DNA of 64,000 nucleotides from Trueperaceae bacterium (GTDB lineage Bacteria > Deinococcota > Deinococci > Deinococcales > Trueperaceae): the NCBI GenBank assembly GCA_965213925.1, contig OZ243927.1, positions 2,560,001 to 2,624,000 of the forward strand, in the 5' to 3' direction. A program made the translations under genes and the position numbers. Position 1 is the first letter of the stretch; each line of letters begins with the position of its first letter. Of this stretch, positions 50,568 through 61,033 are shown one piece after another. The notes beneath the pieces are model-generated. The model worked only from the letters and a program-made list of their open reading frames with translations. It was not told the origin of the DNA and searched no databases.

Positions 50568-51824
50568 CTAAAAGCTCGCGAGCCCGCGTTCGCGCGCCCA
50601 CACGACGGCTTCGGCGCGCGAATGCACCCCGATCTTCTCATAAATCTGCGTGATGTAGTTGCGCACGGTCTGTTTGGCGATGCCTAAGTCCTGCGCGATG
50701 GTCGTGTTGTCCAACCCCTGAGCGAGCCGCTCCAACACTTCGCGTTCCCGCTTGGTGAGCCCCGAGACCGCGGCGGTATCGACCCCTTCTGAACGCAGCA
50801 GGGCGAGCTTCTCCATGACCGAGCGCGAAAGCCACGCGGTATCGGACATGACCTCTTCGATGGCCTGCACGAGTTGACGCTCGGTGCGCTGGCGCTCGGT
50901 CACGTCATAAAACATGAGGAGCACGTCGGCGGCGAACTCGGTGGTGCCGGGTTTGCGGGTAGCGGGTTTCGTCGCGTGAGGTCCTATGTCGGGCTCAACA
51001 GCGTCGGACTTAGTGGCGGCGGGCTCGGCGCGGCGCTCCGCGTCGCTCAGGACCTCGGCGGAAGCTAACACGTCGCGGGTGTCGCCGGTTTTGGTGCGAA
51101 TCTGCAAGGCGAGTTCGCGAAAGCCGTGACCGCTCGCTAGGTGCGCGGCAAAGGAAGCCCGGTCCGCTTCGGACTGCCACAGCCCGAGTTCAGCGCCGCT
51201 CCGCTTGAGGACCTCCTCTTCCCGGAAGCCCGTCAGCGTCAGGAAGCTCTTGTTGACCTCGATGATGCGCCGCCCCTGCAGCATACACGCGGGCACGGGC
51301 GCAACGTGGAACATCGTGCTGAGGCGCACCTCGACCTCTTTTTGCGCGGTGATGTCAGCGAAGGTCAGGATGCCGCAGGTGTCGCCGTCTAGCTCTAAAG
51401 GTTTCGCCGAGATGAGCACCGTTTTCTCGAGCCCCGACTTCGTCTTCACACCCGCTTCGACCTTGGAGGCTTGCTGCCAGGTGCGCGGCGCGTTGAGGAG
51501 CGCCTCGCGCTGACGCGGGTCGCTGAAGAGGTCCAGTTGCGGCAGCGCTTCGCCGCGCACCTCACGCTGAGCGTAACCCGTCAACTCCGCAAAGCCGCTA
51601 TTCACCATCATGATGCGCTCGTCCATGAGCCGCACGATAATGGCGGGGGCGGGGTTCACGTCGAAAACGGCGTAGAAGCGCTCCTCCGCCTCCTGCCGTT
51701 CACGCTCCGCCCTGTCTTTTTGCGCCTCGGCCCTAGCCTTGTCGTCCCTCAGCTCGTCTTTAGCCTTTTCCTTAGCGCCTCTATCTTTAATATCGCTCAC
51801 GTTGTCCCCAACTGCTGTCCCCAA
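50568..51824 (-). CDS. PAS-PAS-LuxR HTH transcriptional regulator (start uncertain)
   Basis: Two PAS domains (VNSGFAELTGY, VNKSFLTLTGF); LTKREREVL...TVRNYITQIYEKIGVHSR. Confidence 0.92.
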   Translation of the reverse strand: MGTAVGDNVSDIKDRGAKEKAKDELRDDKARAEAQKDRAERERQEAEERFYAVFDVNPAPAIIVRLMDERIMMVNSGFAELTGYAQREVRGEALPQLDLFSDPRQREALLNAPRTWQQASKVEAGVKTKSGLEKTVLISAKPLELDGDTCGILTFADITAQKEVEVRLSTMFHVAPVPACMLQGRRIIEVNKSFLTLTGFREEEVLKRSGAELGLWQSEADRASFAAHLASGHGFRELALQIRTKTGDTRDVLASAEVLSDAERRAEPAATKSDAVEPDIGPHATKPATRKPGTTEFAADVLLMFYDVTERQRTERQLVQAIEEVMSDTAWLSRSVMEKLALLRSEGVDTAAVSGLTKREREVLERLAQGLDNTTIAQDLGIAKQTVRNYITQIYEKIGVHSRAEAVVWARERGLASF

Positions 51825-52009
51825 CTTCTGCTGGCTGCTGCCTCCGGCGGATTTGCCTTAGTTAATACGTCTATTCTACATCATCTTGCCGCGCAGGCGT
51901 TCCGGGTCGTTCGCGCTGCAAGGATAAGGAGGTAGGAATGGGGGGTGAAAACGCCCTTTCTCCTCATTCCCTCGCCGAGCACACAGCCGCGGACGCGCTA
52001 TACTCAGCT

Positions 52010-53572
52010 ATGTCTTCCGCTGTCGCGATGCAAAAAATCGTCAAACGCTTTCCGCTCGTCCTCGCCAACGACCACGTCACCCTGGAGGTCGCCCGGGGCG
52101 AAGTCCACGCGCTCATCGGCGAAAACGGCGCGGGCAAGTCCACCCTGATGAAGATTCTATACGGCTTGCAGCAGCCCGACGCGGGCAAGATCGTCGTGGA
52201 CGGCAAAGAGGTCGCCATCGAGAGCGCCAAAGACGCGATCGCTTTGGGCATCGGCATGGTGCATCAGCACTTTATGCTGGTCGAGCCGCTTACCGTGGCG
52301 GAAAACTTGGTGCTGGGCTCCGAGCCTACGAGCGGACTCTCGCTCAATTACCGCGCCGCCAGGGAGCGCACGGCGGACCTTATCGAACGTTTCGGCTTCG
52401 ACATCAGCCCGGACACCAAGATCGAAGACTTAGCGGTGGGCTTTCAGCAGCAGGTCGAGATTCTTAAAACGCTCTACCGCGACGCCCACATCCTCATTAT
52501 GGACGAGCCCACCGCCGTACTGACGCCGCAAGAGACGAGAGGGCTCTTTAAGTTCGTGCGCGAGTTCGCCGAGAGCGGCAACGCGGTGATTTTCATCTCG
52601 CACAAGCTCGACGAAGTCATGGAAATCTGCGACCGCATGAGCGTGATGCGCGACGGCAAGATGATAGGCACGGTGGAGCGGGAGAATACAAACCAGCGGC
52701 AGCTCGCCAACATGATGGTCGGGCGCGAGGTCATCATGAGCGTGGAGAAAGCGCCCGCTGAGCCTCAAGAGGTGAAGCTCGAGCTGCAAGGGGTCACCCT
52801 GCGCCACCCCGACAAGCACAAACCGCTCGTCGACGACGTCTCCTTTAAGCTCCGTGCGGGTGAAATTTTAGGCGTTGCGGGCATCGAAGGCAACGGTCAA
52901 TCTGAACTTGTCGAATGCATCGCAGGTCTGCGCGACGTGGACCACGGGCGCATCCTCTTAGCCGACCAAGACGTCTCGACTAGGAGTGCCAAAGAGGTGC
53001 GTCAAGCCGGGCTCTCGCACATCCCCGAAGACCGCCTCGAGCGCGGGTTAGTCGGCGAATTCAGCACCGCGATGAACAGCATTTTGGGCGACTATTACCA
53101 TCAGCCCTACAGCAACCCGCTCGGTCTCATCGACGAGCGCAAAGTCGAGGCGCACGCCGCGAAGCTCGTTCAGGAGTACGACGTGCGCCCCGCCTCGACC
53201 AGCGTCATGGCGGCGAGCTACTCGGGCGGCAACGCGCAAAAGCTCATCGTGGCGCGGGAGCTGGAGCGTCAACCCGAGGTGCTTATCGCCTCGCAGCCCA
53301 CCAGAGGCGTGGACATCGGTGCGATCGAGTTTATCCACAAGCAGATCGTCGGCGCGCGAGATGACGGCTTAGCCGTTCTGCTCGTCTCGGCTGACCTCAA
53401 CGAAGTGATGAGCCTTTCCGACCGAATTTTGGTGCTTTTCGAGGGCAAAGTCATGGGCGAACTCACGTCGGAAGAGGCGAACGCGGAGCGGCTGGGACTC
53501 CTCATGTCGGGGTCTAAGGTGCAAGGTGATGAGGTCGAGGAGAGTTTCGAGGCGGCGTCGGAGCGGGTTTAG
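52010..53572 (+). CDS. ABC ATP-binding protein, nucleoside/BMP (CUT2) type; no adjacent permease
   Basis: [39 protein letters not shown]. Confidence 0.93.
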   Translation: MSSAVAMQKIVKRFPLVLANDHVTLEVARGEVHALIGENGAGKSTLMKILYGLQQPDAGKIVVDGKEVAIESAKDAIALGIGMVHQHFMLVEPLTVAENLVLGSEPTSGLSLNYRAARERTADLIERFGFDISPDTKIEDLAVGFQQQVEILKTLYRDAHILIMDEPTAVLTPQETRGLFKFVREFAESGNAVIFISHKLDEVMEICDRMSVMRDGKMIGTVERENTNQRQLANMMVGREVIMSVEKAPAEPQEVKLELQGVTLRHPDKHKPLVDDVSFKLRAGEILGVAGIEGNGQSELVECIAGLRDVDHGRILLADQDVSTRSAKEVRQAGLSHIPEDRLERGLVGEFSTAMNSILGDYYHQPYSNPLGLIDERKVEAHAAKLVQEYDVRPASTSVMAASYSGGNAQKLIVARELERQPEVLIASQPTRGVDIGAIEFIHKQIVGARDDGLAVLLVSADLNEVMSLSDRILVLFEGKVMGELTSEEANAERLGLLMSGSKVQGDEVEESFEAASERV

Positions 53573-53681
53573 CGTTCCGCGGCTTGCTCTACGCCGTGGG
53601 TTTGGAGCACCGCGCTGTCCAACTTGGTGAGCACGCCTTTGCTGCTGTACGCACCGACATCAATGCCTAAGAGAAGCGCCA

Positions 53682-55316
53682 TCAGCCGAGCGCCTGGAGA
53701 TGAACTGCGCCGCAAAGGTGAACGTTCACGCCGAGCGCATTAAAGGCTGCCGCTTTCGCCGCCAATGCGCGGTTCGCGTCCCCTTCCGAGGGGGCGTAAG
53801 CGACTTGGATGTGGTTCGCCTTGTGACGGGCCATCATCTGGTCGCGCGAGACGCCGTGCAGCAGCGCGTGCATGATGGGCCACTGCGGCGTCGTCGCTTC
53901 ACGGCGGCGCGTCGTCTCCTCGTCCGGCAACATCACCGCGCTGCCGCGTCCTAAGTCAACGTGTAACGTCCCTTTAGCGAGATAGACGCGGCTCCAGACG
54001 ATCTCGCCCGGCTTGCTCACGCCTGAGAGCGTGCCGCCGCCTAGCGGAAAATACATCGGCGGTTGGCGGTAGCTCGTCGCGTCCGCGTAGCCCCGCGCTA
54101 AGTGCGACGCCGGGAGCGCCCCTGAAATTTGCAGCGTCCATATGAAGGCGTCGAGGTCTTCACCCGTATAGTGCTCGCCCCACCGGAGGTCGTGCAGCGT
54201 CGTCGCCGGGTCGAAGCCGAGGGCACGCCAGACGCGGTTCGTGACGAGCGCGTCCACCGCCGCCCCTTCGTCCACCTCGTTGAAATGCGGCAACGCCGCG
54301 CCCGGATAGAGTTCCTCGCCGCTCTTCGCGTGACGTACAGGTGGACGCTCCACGTTGTTGAGCAGTCCTTCGGTGAGGTCGGACGCGGGCGCGGCGTCTT
54401 TAAGCCCTTGCTGGTACTGGATGCCGATGGCGTCGCAGCCAAACTCATGCGCGGTGCGCGTGGCGGCGATGTACATTTTGAGTTGCTCTAGGACCTGCGC
54501 CTCGGTCAGCTCAGCCTCCGGGTCGTCACCTTTGTCATCGCCGTAGTCGAAGGACATACCCCGCTCGGTGAGCCATCCCAGCGCGCTCTTCGCTTCACCC
54601 TCCTCAACCTCTCGCATCGCCGCGACGAGGGCACTCTGCGAGAGTCGCTCCTTGTAGATACCCAAAGGGTTCAGGTATTCGTCGTCGATGATCGCGTTGT
54701 ACATCCCCATACAGCCCTCGTCGAACACGCCGAGAATCGCCATGTTGTGCCTGAGGTCGTCCGCGAGGTCTTGACCTATCTGCTGCGCTTCGGAGGAGAG
54801 GCTCGAGGGATTCAAAGCGCAAACGTGACTGGTATCGTGCTCCACGCTACCCTCACGGAGCCACGCCCGCAGCCCGTCCAAGAAGAAGTCGTCCGTGAAG
54901 TCTTTGCTCCAGAGGGTGCTGTAGGCAACGCCCGCTTTGGTGAGGCTGCCGTTGAGGTTCAGAAGCCCCACCAGACCCGGCCACTGACCGCTCCAGTTGG
55001 CGACGGTGAGGATCGGACCCCGGTGTCGCCGCAAACCTGCCAGTACGTGGTGGCTGTACTGCCAGACCGCCTCCGCCACGACGACGGGCACGTCTAGCGG
55101 GACGGTGTTGAATACATTCATCCCCATCCGCTGAGAGTCGATAAAGCCGTGCCCCTCAGCTTCGCTGAAGGGGTGTGCCCGTTTAAGTGTTGCGTCTTCG
55201 CGCCCAAACGCTTCCGTGAGACGCCGCTCCATATCGGCTTGCGCGGCCCAGCAGGTTTGATTGGCAGACAGGCGAAGATCGCCGCTGGCAACGAGATAGA
55301 CTTCTTTTGACATCAT
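53682..55316 (-). CDS. L-fucose isomerase-like protein
   Basis: [49 protein letters not shown]. Confidence 0.75.
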   Translation of the reverse strand: MMSKEVYLVASGDLRLSANQTCWAAQADMERRLTEAFGREDATLKRAHPFSEAEGHGFIDSQRMGMNVFNTVPLDVPVVVAEAVWQYSHHVLAGLRRHRGPILTVANWSGQWPGLVGLLNLNGSLTKAGVAYSTLWSKDFTDDFFLDGLRAWLREGSVEHDTSHVCALNPSSLSSEAQQIGQDLADDLRHNMAILGVFDEGCMGMYNAIIDDEYLNPLGIYKERLSQSALVAAMREVEEGEAKSALGWLTERGMSFDYGDDKGDDPEAELTEAQVLEQLKMYIAATRTAHEFGCDAIGIQYQQGLKDAAPASDLTEGLLNNVERPPVRHAKSGEELYPGAALPHFNEVDEGAAVDALVTNRVWRALGFDPATTLHDLRWGEHYTGEDLDAFIWTLQISGALPASHLARGYADATSYRQPPMYFPLGGGTLSGVSKPGEIVWSRVYLAKGTLHVDLGRGSAVMLPDEETTRRREATTPQWPIMHALLHGVSRDQMMARHKANHIQVAYAPSEGDANRALAAKAAAFNALGVNVHLCGAVHLQALG

Positions 55317-55344
55317 GCCTCCTTGGTCGTTTGAGCGTTTACTT

Positions 55345-55865
55345 CAGCAGTGAGGGCGCGCGCCAGCCGCTACAGGTGCCGCCACTGACGGCTGGCAGCG
55401 CCGCCCACAGCCGCGTGTCGGTAGGTAAAGTCTCGTCTCAGGCGAAAGCTCGGCTTTGACGCTCTTGCAAGCGTCGCGCTCCTTCATCCGTAGAGAAGTG
55501 CGTGTCGCTCATCTCTCCGACGAGGTCAAGCGTGCCGGAACTGCGGCTTGAGTCGGTAGCGGTGCAAAAGGTGTCCTTCTCGAGCACCTTACCAAGCGGA
55601 CCTCCCGCTGACCCTTCCGGTCCAACGTGAGCGGTACACGCGCCCGTCGAGACGCCGGAGAAGCGGGCGTCGGTCACGAGCGCCACCCTATAAAGGCAGG
55701 TGCTTGAGCGCAGAGGCGATCTGTAGGTTTCCTCCATCCCGGTTCCGGCAGGTCCGACGCTGACGAGGACCATCACGCCGTCCACTTCTACAGCACCCTC
55801 TTTAATAGCGCGAAGCGCGGCGCGTTCGCGGGTGAAGGCTCGAGCCGGCCCCTCGTGGTGGTACG
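55345..55865 (-). pseudogene. C-terminal remnant of YjhG/YagF-type (IlvD family) sugar-acid dehydratase
   Basis: GPAGTGMEETY, TDARFSGVSTGAC, GGPLGK, DTRLWAAL with frameshifts and an internal stop; N-terminus missing. Confidence 0.8.
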
Positions 55866-55892
55866 TCAGTTACTTTGTCCACCACATAAGTA

Positions 55893-55920
55893 AGAGGTGC
55901 CGACACACTTCGGCACCTCT
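55893..55920 (-). terminator. Hairpin downstream of trxA
   Basis: AGAGGTGCCGA / TCGGCACCTCT 11-bp IR. Confidence 0.65.
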
Positions 55921-56016
55921 ATAAGCTTTGTTTTGCTCTAGCTAGAGCTTTCGCCACCTAAACTGCTCGCTTGGAGTTTTAGGCTGACCCATGTCTCTTT
56001 TAAGTGGGGTTAGGGT

Positions 56017-56352
56017 TTAGTTGACACCTGCCCCTACATACTGACTAATCCGCGACTCGTACGCGCCTTTAGGCTGCGCCCCGATCATCGTCTCGACGGG
56101 CTCGCCATCTTTGAACAAGATGACGGTGGGAATGCTCATCACGCGGTAGCTCATCGCGGTCTGCTGGTGGTCGTCCACGTTGAGCTTGCCCACTTTAACC
56201 TTGCCTTCGTAGTCGCCAGCGAGTTCTTCAATGACAGGTCCGACCATGCGGCAAGGACCGCACCAAGGAGCCCAGAAGTCCACGAGGACTAAGCCCTCTT
56301 GGGTTTCGTCTTTGAAGTTGCTGTCGGTAAATTCGATGGTGTTTTCTGCCAT
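56017..56352 (-). CDS. trxA: Thioredoxin
   Basis: DFWAPWCGPC, SIPT. Confidence 0.97.
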   Translation of the reverse strand: MAENTIEFTDSNFKDETQEGLVLVDFWAPWCGPCRMVGPVIEELAGDYEGKVKVGKLNVDDHQQTAMSYRVMSIPTVILFKDGEPVETMIGAQPKGAYESRISQYVGAGVN

Positions 56353-56451
56353 GTTTCCTCCTAACTCAATGTAGATGAGGTGGCTGAGAAAGTATGTCTT
56401 TTAGACAGCAATGAGTGGTGAGTTGAAAGCAGCGAGTCGAAAGATTTCCGC

Positions 56452-57645
56452 TCACCGCTCACCGCCCGTCCAGCTTGACCGGATTGCTTTTAACTCGTTG
56501 CTGTTCTCCCAGATATACAGCTTCGACGCGTCGTCCCCTCTCGTAAACCGGGGCGGCGCGAGCGACAGGGCGCGGTAGCCTCCCTTGACAGCGGAGCGCA
56601 CGAGCGCGAGATCGCTTGCTCTATCGCCGTGTAGCGCCCGCGCCGCCGCGACCTCTCGCTCGACGGATAAGTCGGGCGAAGACCCTTTAGAGTCCGTGCC
56701 GAACGCCACCTCGACGCCATACTTCATATAGAGTTCCCAGGGAAAGCGTCCGCATTCTAAAGCGGTATTTGAGCGCGGACAGTGCACGACCACGCAGCCC
56801 GCGCGCTGCACCTCGCGCACGTCTTCCTCAGACACGTGAACCACGTGAATGAGCGTCGGTTGCGCGTCCAAAACGCCTAGCGCTCTAAGGTATTGCACGG
56901 GCGTCAAACCGGAGGGCTGCCAGTTGGGAAGCCACCGGCGCATCATCTCGCTGAGCGGACCTATTCCGTCCTTATGCAGCGCTATCTCGCCCTCGCTTTC
57001 GGCGACGTGAATCTGCATAGGTAGGTTAGAGCGCCGCGCCAAGGCTGCGAGCTTCTGTAAGAGGGGCGCACTGACCGTGTGGGGCGTGTGGGGTGAGAGA
57101 CCGAGCTTGACGCCACCAGGATGTTCCCAAGCGCGGAACTTGCGGAGCTTTTCGACTGTTTCAGTGAAGATTTTGTCTGCGTCTTCAGGCTTAGGACCGA
57201 AAACTTCCCAGTAGGCGACCCCTTGTAAGTCGGGAGAGGTGAGCAGAAGCTCCATGACCGCTTCGCTCGTGACAATGTCACCCATCGTTGTTACGCCTCT
57301 CGAGCGCATCTCCCCCAGCCCTGCTCTTGCTGCCTCTAAACCTTTTGCGCGGCGTTTCGGCATATAGGCGATAACTTTAGTTATGAAAGCCTCATAACTG
57401 CCCGGTGTAAAAGGCATGTAGGAGAGGTCTAGGTGGGTGTGGGCGTTGACTAAAGGGGGCGAGATGGCGAAGCCTTTGTCCTCGACTTCTACATCCGGAA
57501 AGTTCTGCTTGGCGACCTCCAGGTCGTCCACCGCGACGATCTGCGCCTCGTCACCTTCGCCCTGGACGACCACCGCGCCGCTCGCTCTCGGTGTTCCCAT
57601 ACCGTTATAGACAACGTCCGCTGCTAAGATTTGGCGCTGTAACAT
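56452..57645 (-). CDS. Amidohydrolase/deaminase (possibly aminodeoxyfutalosine deaminase-like)
   Basis: NAHTHLD, SPHTPHTV, IHVAES, HCPRSN, GTDS. Confidence 0.85.
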   Translation of the reverse strand: MLQRQILAADVVYNGMGTPRASGAVVVQGEGDEAQIVAVDDLEVAKQNFPDVEVEDKGFAISPPLVNAHTHLDLSYMPFTPGSYEAFITKVIAYMPKRRAKGLEAARAGLGEMRSRGVTTMGDIVTSEAVMELLLTSPDLQGVAYWEVFGPKPEDADKIFTETVEKLRKFRAWEHPGGVKLGLSPHTPHTVSAPLLQKLAALARRSNLPMQIHVAESEGEIALHKDGIGPLSEMMRRWLPNWQPSGLTPVQYLRALGVLDAQPTLIHVVHVSEEDVREVQRAGCVVVHCPRSNTALECGRFPWELYMKYGVEVAFGTDSKGSSPDLSVEREVAAARALHGDRASDLALVRSAVKGGYRALSLAPPRFTRGDDASKLYIWENSNELKAIRSSWTGGER

Positions 57646-57706
57646 GCTCTATCATACGGGCACAGTGCTGAGAGGATTGAAAGCAGAGCGTTTTTAGCAG
57701 TTGGAG

Positions 57707-58830
57707 GAGACACCCCTAAAAGTCGGTTGAGTACTTGAGAGGTGTAAGGAGCACTTTAAGCCAGGGTCTGCTAGGACGACTTGTGAAACGCTGCCAAGAG
57801 GACTTGCCGCGAATGAGGTGATGATGCCATCTATAGCGAGCTTCTTTGGACCAATCGAGGGCGCGGTGAAAAGCTTTAACGACGCGCTTTTTACTTCTTG
57901 ACCAGAGCGCGCTATAGAGAGTTTCTGAAGCGTTGTTGGTCAAGGGCATCGCCTTGTGCTGCCAACAGCGTTCAAGCTGTGTCCAGGCGTTGAGTAAAGG
58001 CTCGAGCTGGGTTGCGCCGTAGCGAGCGGTGAGGACGCCTAGAAACCACCTAGCATCGTTGAGGTTGGTGCAGGCGTAGAGAAAGCGCAAGTCCGCAGCA
58101 ACACGTTCGCGTTCCTCGCGAGGGAACTGCTTGACGACCTCTCTGATGACATGGAACCAACATCTTCCATGCGGCTCGTCAGAGAAGTATTCACACGCCG
58201 CTGCAATGCTCTTACACCCATCACTGATCATCAGCTTAGGGTTGTGCTCAGCGATCAACTCACGAATGACTTCTTCATCACGGCTTTCGCACAAGGCGTA
58301 ACCCACAATGGCTTGTGACTTGAGCTCAGTAAGCGTGTACGTCCACCACTCGCCTAGTCTGAACTCGTCCACGCTCGCCGCGTTGAGCGTCGTAGGTTTG
58401 ACTTGTCGCTCTTCCAACCGTTCCGCCCTCAAAGCGCGTGTGCCTTGCCAAGAGGCACGGGTCTCGGGGCGAAGTGGATAGCCCAAGTGCTCGGCTATCT
58501 CAGCCGCGCAGCTTTCGTCCACTTGATGCGCGTCCAATACGGCAAAGATGCCTTCTACCTTTTGGCTATACCACTTGTGACGTGTTACGCCCGCTGGATA
58601 GACGCAGCCTAAGCTACCTTTGCACTTTCTGCAGCGCACGCGCAATACCTTCTCTTCGCGTACACCGTTGACATCGCGGTGTTTCCTGACTCGGTAGCCA
58701 CCACCCTCGGGCTTCCTTATCTTGCACTTAGGGCAACGTCTATCCAGTAAACTCGCTCGGGGGTAAGTTTGGGCTTCCACAACCCATTCTTACCCCTCCT
58801 TGCTACTCAACCGACTTTTCGTGCAACCTC
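57707..58830 (-). mobile_element. Complete 1124-bp IS, IS256/Mutator-like superfamily
   Basis: 27-bp imperfect TIRs GAG-N8-AAAAGTCGGTTGAGTA; 8-bp TSD AGTTGGAG (57699-57706, 58831-58838). Confidence 0.9.
57716..58780 (-). CDS. DDE transposase with N-terminal Zn ribbon
   Basis: CPKC...CRKC; SVDE, ISDG, RCWFH (CxxH), TNNASE. Confidence 0.85.
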   Translation of the reverse strand: MEAQTYPRASLLDRRCPKCKIRKPEGGGYRVRKHRDVNGVREEKVLRVRCRKCKGSLGCVYPAGVTRHKWYSQKVEGIFAVLDAHQVDESCAAEIAEHLGYPLRPETRASWQGTRALRAERLEERQVKPTTLNAASVDEFRLGEWWTYTLTELKSQAIVGYALCESRDEEVIRELIAEHNPKLMISDGCKSIAAACEYFSDEPHGRCWFHVIREVVKQFPREERERVAADLRFLYACTNLNDARWFLGVLTARYGATQLEPLLNAWTQLERCWQHKAMPLTNNASETLYSALWSRSKKRVVKAFHRALDWSKEARYRWHHHLIRGKSSWQRFTSRPSRPWLKVLLTPLKYSTDF

Positions 58831-58845
58831 AGTTGGAGAACACGC

Positions 58846-58875
58846 TTGACTTCATCTCACCTAGCGCTGTACGCT
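58846..58875 (+). promoter_or_regulatory. tRNA promoter
   Basis: TTGACT-N18-TACGCT, 12 nt before the tRNA. Confidence 0.6.
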
Positions 58876-58887
58876 GAATGTCCCTTC

Positions 58888-58959
58888 GGGCGGTTAGCTC
58901 AGTGGGAGAGCACTCGCTTCACACGCGAGGGGTCACTGGTTCAAATCCAGTACCGCCCA
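58888..58959 (+). tRNA. tRNA-Val (anticodon CAC), CCA not encoded
   Basis: Acceptor GGGCGGT / ACCGCCC, D-arm TAGCTCAGTGGGAGAGC, anticodon arm CTCGC-TTCACAC-GCGAG, T-loop GGTTCAAATCC. Confidence 0.96.
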
Positions 58960-59031
58960 TACTTATAAAGAATGTGTAGCACGCAATAAACCGGAATGTC
59001 TAAACAGCGTTCTGGTTCTCTTTTTGCTTGG

Positions 59032-59053
59032 CGGCACCTTTTCGGCACCTTTT
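59032..59053. repeat. Tandem 11-bp repeat, possible integrase arm-type sites
   Basis: CGGCACCTTTT twice, about 70 bp downstream of the tRNA. Confidence 0.55.
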
Positions 59054-59186
59054 GAGCGTGCTTCAAGCAGGGGTACGCCGCCGTGCTGAGCGATCTCAAC
59101 CCAGCACAACGGCTTATATACACCGAAACCGCAAAGCGTCATGGTCAAGTCTTCGCCAATAAGCTGTTAGCGTCTTGGAGCGCTGA

Positions 59187-60275
59187 GAAGCGCCCTACCC
59201 CTTCACCTATAGAATTGCGCCTTGTAATGTCTCAAACGCCCTAGAAGCGCACTCGAGCCACCTAGCCGCAACAGAATTACTAGCGCCCTACCGAGAAGCG
59301 CTAGGCGCTGCATACAAAACCCTTCGCGCCCTTGCCCGCTAGACTATTGAACAGGCAACAGACGACGACCCAGCACCGCACCTCATGACGACCTACTGGA
59401 CGCTCGAAGAGATCACCGGACTCAGTGAGCGCACCCTACGCCGTCACCTCATCGAAGATGGACACTCCTGGTCAAAGATGGTTCGCCACCTTATCGACGT
59501 TCGTCACAACTACGGCACCATGCCTCAAGGGGAAGAAGACAAGAGCGTCATCACGAACATGGTGATCCGCTTTTTCCCTAGAGGACGCCTGAGCCTACAA
59601 GCCAAGGTCAAACGGTGGGGAGAACGCAACCTCATCGAAGAGGCGGATAACGGACGCACACGCGCTACCAGGCTACGGGCATATGAGAAGGAGCAGCGCT
59701 ACGAACGGCGCGAACCGCTAATGTCCGCATCAAGCTCTGTGGGAGAGCAGATCGAAAAACACAACTGGTTCATGGCTAAGCTAGGACAGACGGTACCCAC
59801 TAGAGCGAAAAAGGAAGATTTCGGTAGACTATATGCGGACATTCCCACGAAGCACTTGCTGGACGCACTTCGCGCTGATTTACAGCTCACCGAAGAGAAC
59901 GACCGGTACCGTGGCGCGAACGTCAAGCGTGCCCGTTCCCTGTGGGTGGAGAACGCAGGGCAACTTCTAGCCAAACGCCATAGTGAAGATTGCCCACACC
60001 CTGTGTACGCACACTCGAAGCACGTCACTTACGCCGACGGCTTCACGAAGCTGTGGCAAAAGGCGATATGGACGGCACTCAAAGCACAACTGTACGGCGG
60101 TACAGAGGTGGGCTGGAGGCTGTTAGGGCGCATGATTTTACTCGCTGAAGAGGTCAAAGGGGAGGGGGTGAAGAAGCCTGTAGCCTACGCTTGGAGCATG
60201 GTCAAGCGGGAGGGGTTTGCGGAGCTGATGCGGGACTATGGCGCGGGCGCGGTAGGCGATCCTGTGCGGGCGTAG
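59187..60275 (+). pseudogene. Plasmid Rep-like HTH protein, 5' part broken by in-frame TAG at 59340
   Basis: HTH-like LEEITGLSERTLRRHL; protein-like frame continues upstream of the TAG; resemblance to Deinococcus/Thermus plasmid Reps is a recollection-based inference. Confidence 0.45.
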
Positions 60276-60283
60276 CTCGCTGC

Positions 60284-60898
60284 TTACTGCGCTAGGTGCT
60301 CTTTAATTACCTTCTGCACGGTTGAGAATGGTCTGTTGAGGTGACGACTCGTTGAACGGACGCCGCCGAGCTGCTTCCACGTCTCAATGATTTGCCGCTT
60401 CTCCCTATTGGGGAGGGGCGGACGGCTTACCCGTTTTCCTTGCGCCTTAGCCCTTGCCATGCCCGCTTTCACGTTCTCGCTGATGGTGTCGCTCTCTAGC
60501 TGAGCGAAGCCCGCAATCACAGTGAAGAAGAATTTGCCGTGGCTGGTTGTGGTGTCGATCTGCTCTTGATAGGAAACGAAGTCAATACCCAACGCTTCGA
60601 AGTCCTTGAGGGCGTTCAAGAGGTCTTGCGTGCTTCGCGCGAAGCGGTTATAGCGGAAAACTAGCAGCACATCAAATTTGCGCTTGTGCGCGTCACCTAG
60701 CAAGCGGTTGAAGCTTTGGCGCTTGGTCTTCTTCTCGTGCCTACCGCTCTCTTCATCCACATAGATATCGTAGATGTTCCACTCGCGCAAGTCGGCGTAC
60801 TTCCGCAAGGGCATGAGCTGGGTTTCTGGGTCTTGGTCCTTGTCTGTGGTCGAGACACGGGCGTAGATAGCGACTCTCTTTCGGCGCGGCGGGCTCAT
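60284..60898 (-). CDS. Serine resolvase/invertase with C-terminal HTH
   Basis: YARVST, RFARS, IDTTTSHGKFFF, ENVKAGMARAKAQG. Confidence 0.93.
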   Translation of the reverse strand: MSPPRRKRVAIYARVSTTDKDQDPETQLMPLRKYADLREWNIYDIYVDEESGRHEKKTKRQSFNRLLGDAHKRKFDVLLVFRYNRFARSTQDLLNALKDFEALGIDFVSYQEQIDTTTSHGKFFFTVIAGFAQLESDTISENVKAGMARAKAQGKRVSRPPLPNREKRQIIETWKQLGGVRSTSRHLNRPFSTVQKVIKEHLAQ

Positions 60899-60899
60899 A

Positions 60900-61003
60900 G
60901 GTGACTATAAAGGATTTCCTTTATAGTCACCAAAATCTTCTACTCTGAAAGCCGATAAAGAGGGGGTTTCTCAAGGAGTACTCTATCACCCCTTTGTGGT
61001 CAC
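60900..61003. promoter_or_regulatory. res-like recombination site
   Basis: GGTGACTATAAAGGA-TT-TCCTTTATAGTCACC (60900-60931) plus related half-site CCCCTTTGTGGTCACC (~60988-61003). Confidence 0.65.
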
Positions 61004-61033
61004 CTGATCTACAAGTGTTGATAAGATAGCGTT

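Noticed and set aside
49907..50641. Short ORFs (64-76 aa) in the pdxS-LuxR interval
   Set aside because: No motifs, RBS or protein-like composition; RNA structure explains the region better
51939..51960. GGGGGTGAAA resembling a tmRNA 5' end
   Set aside because: No following TCGAC motif or tRNA-like 3' end; runs into the ABC gene promoter
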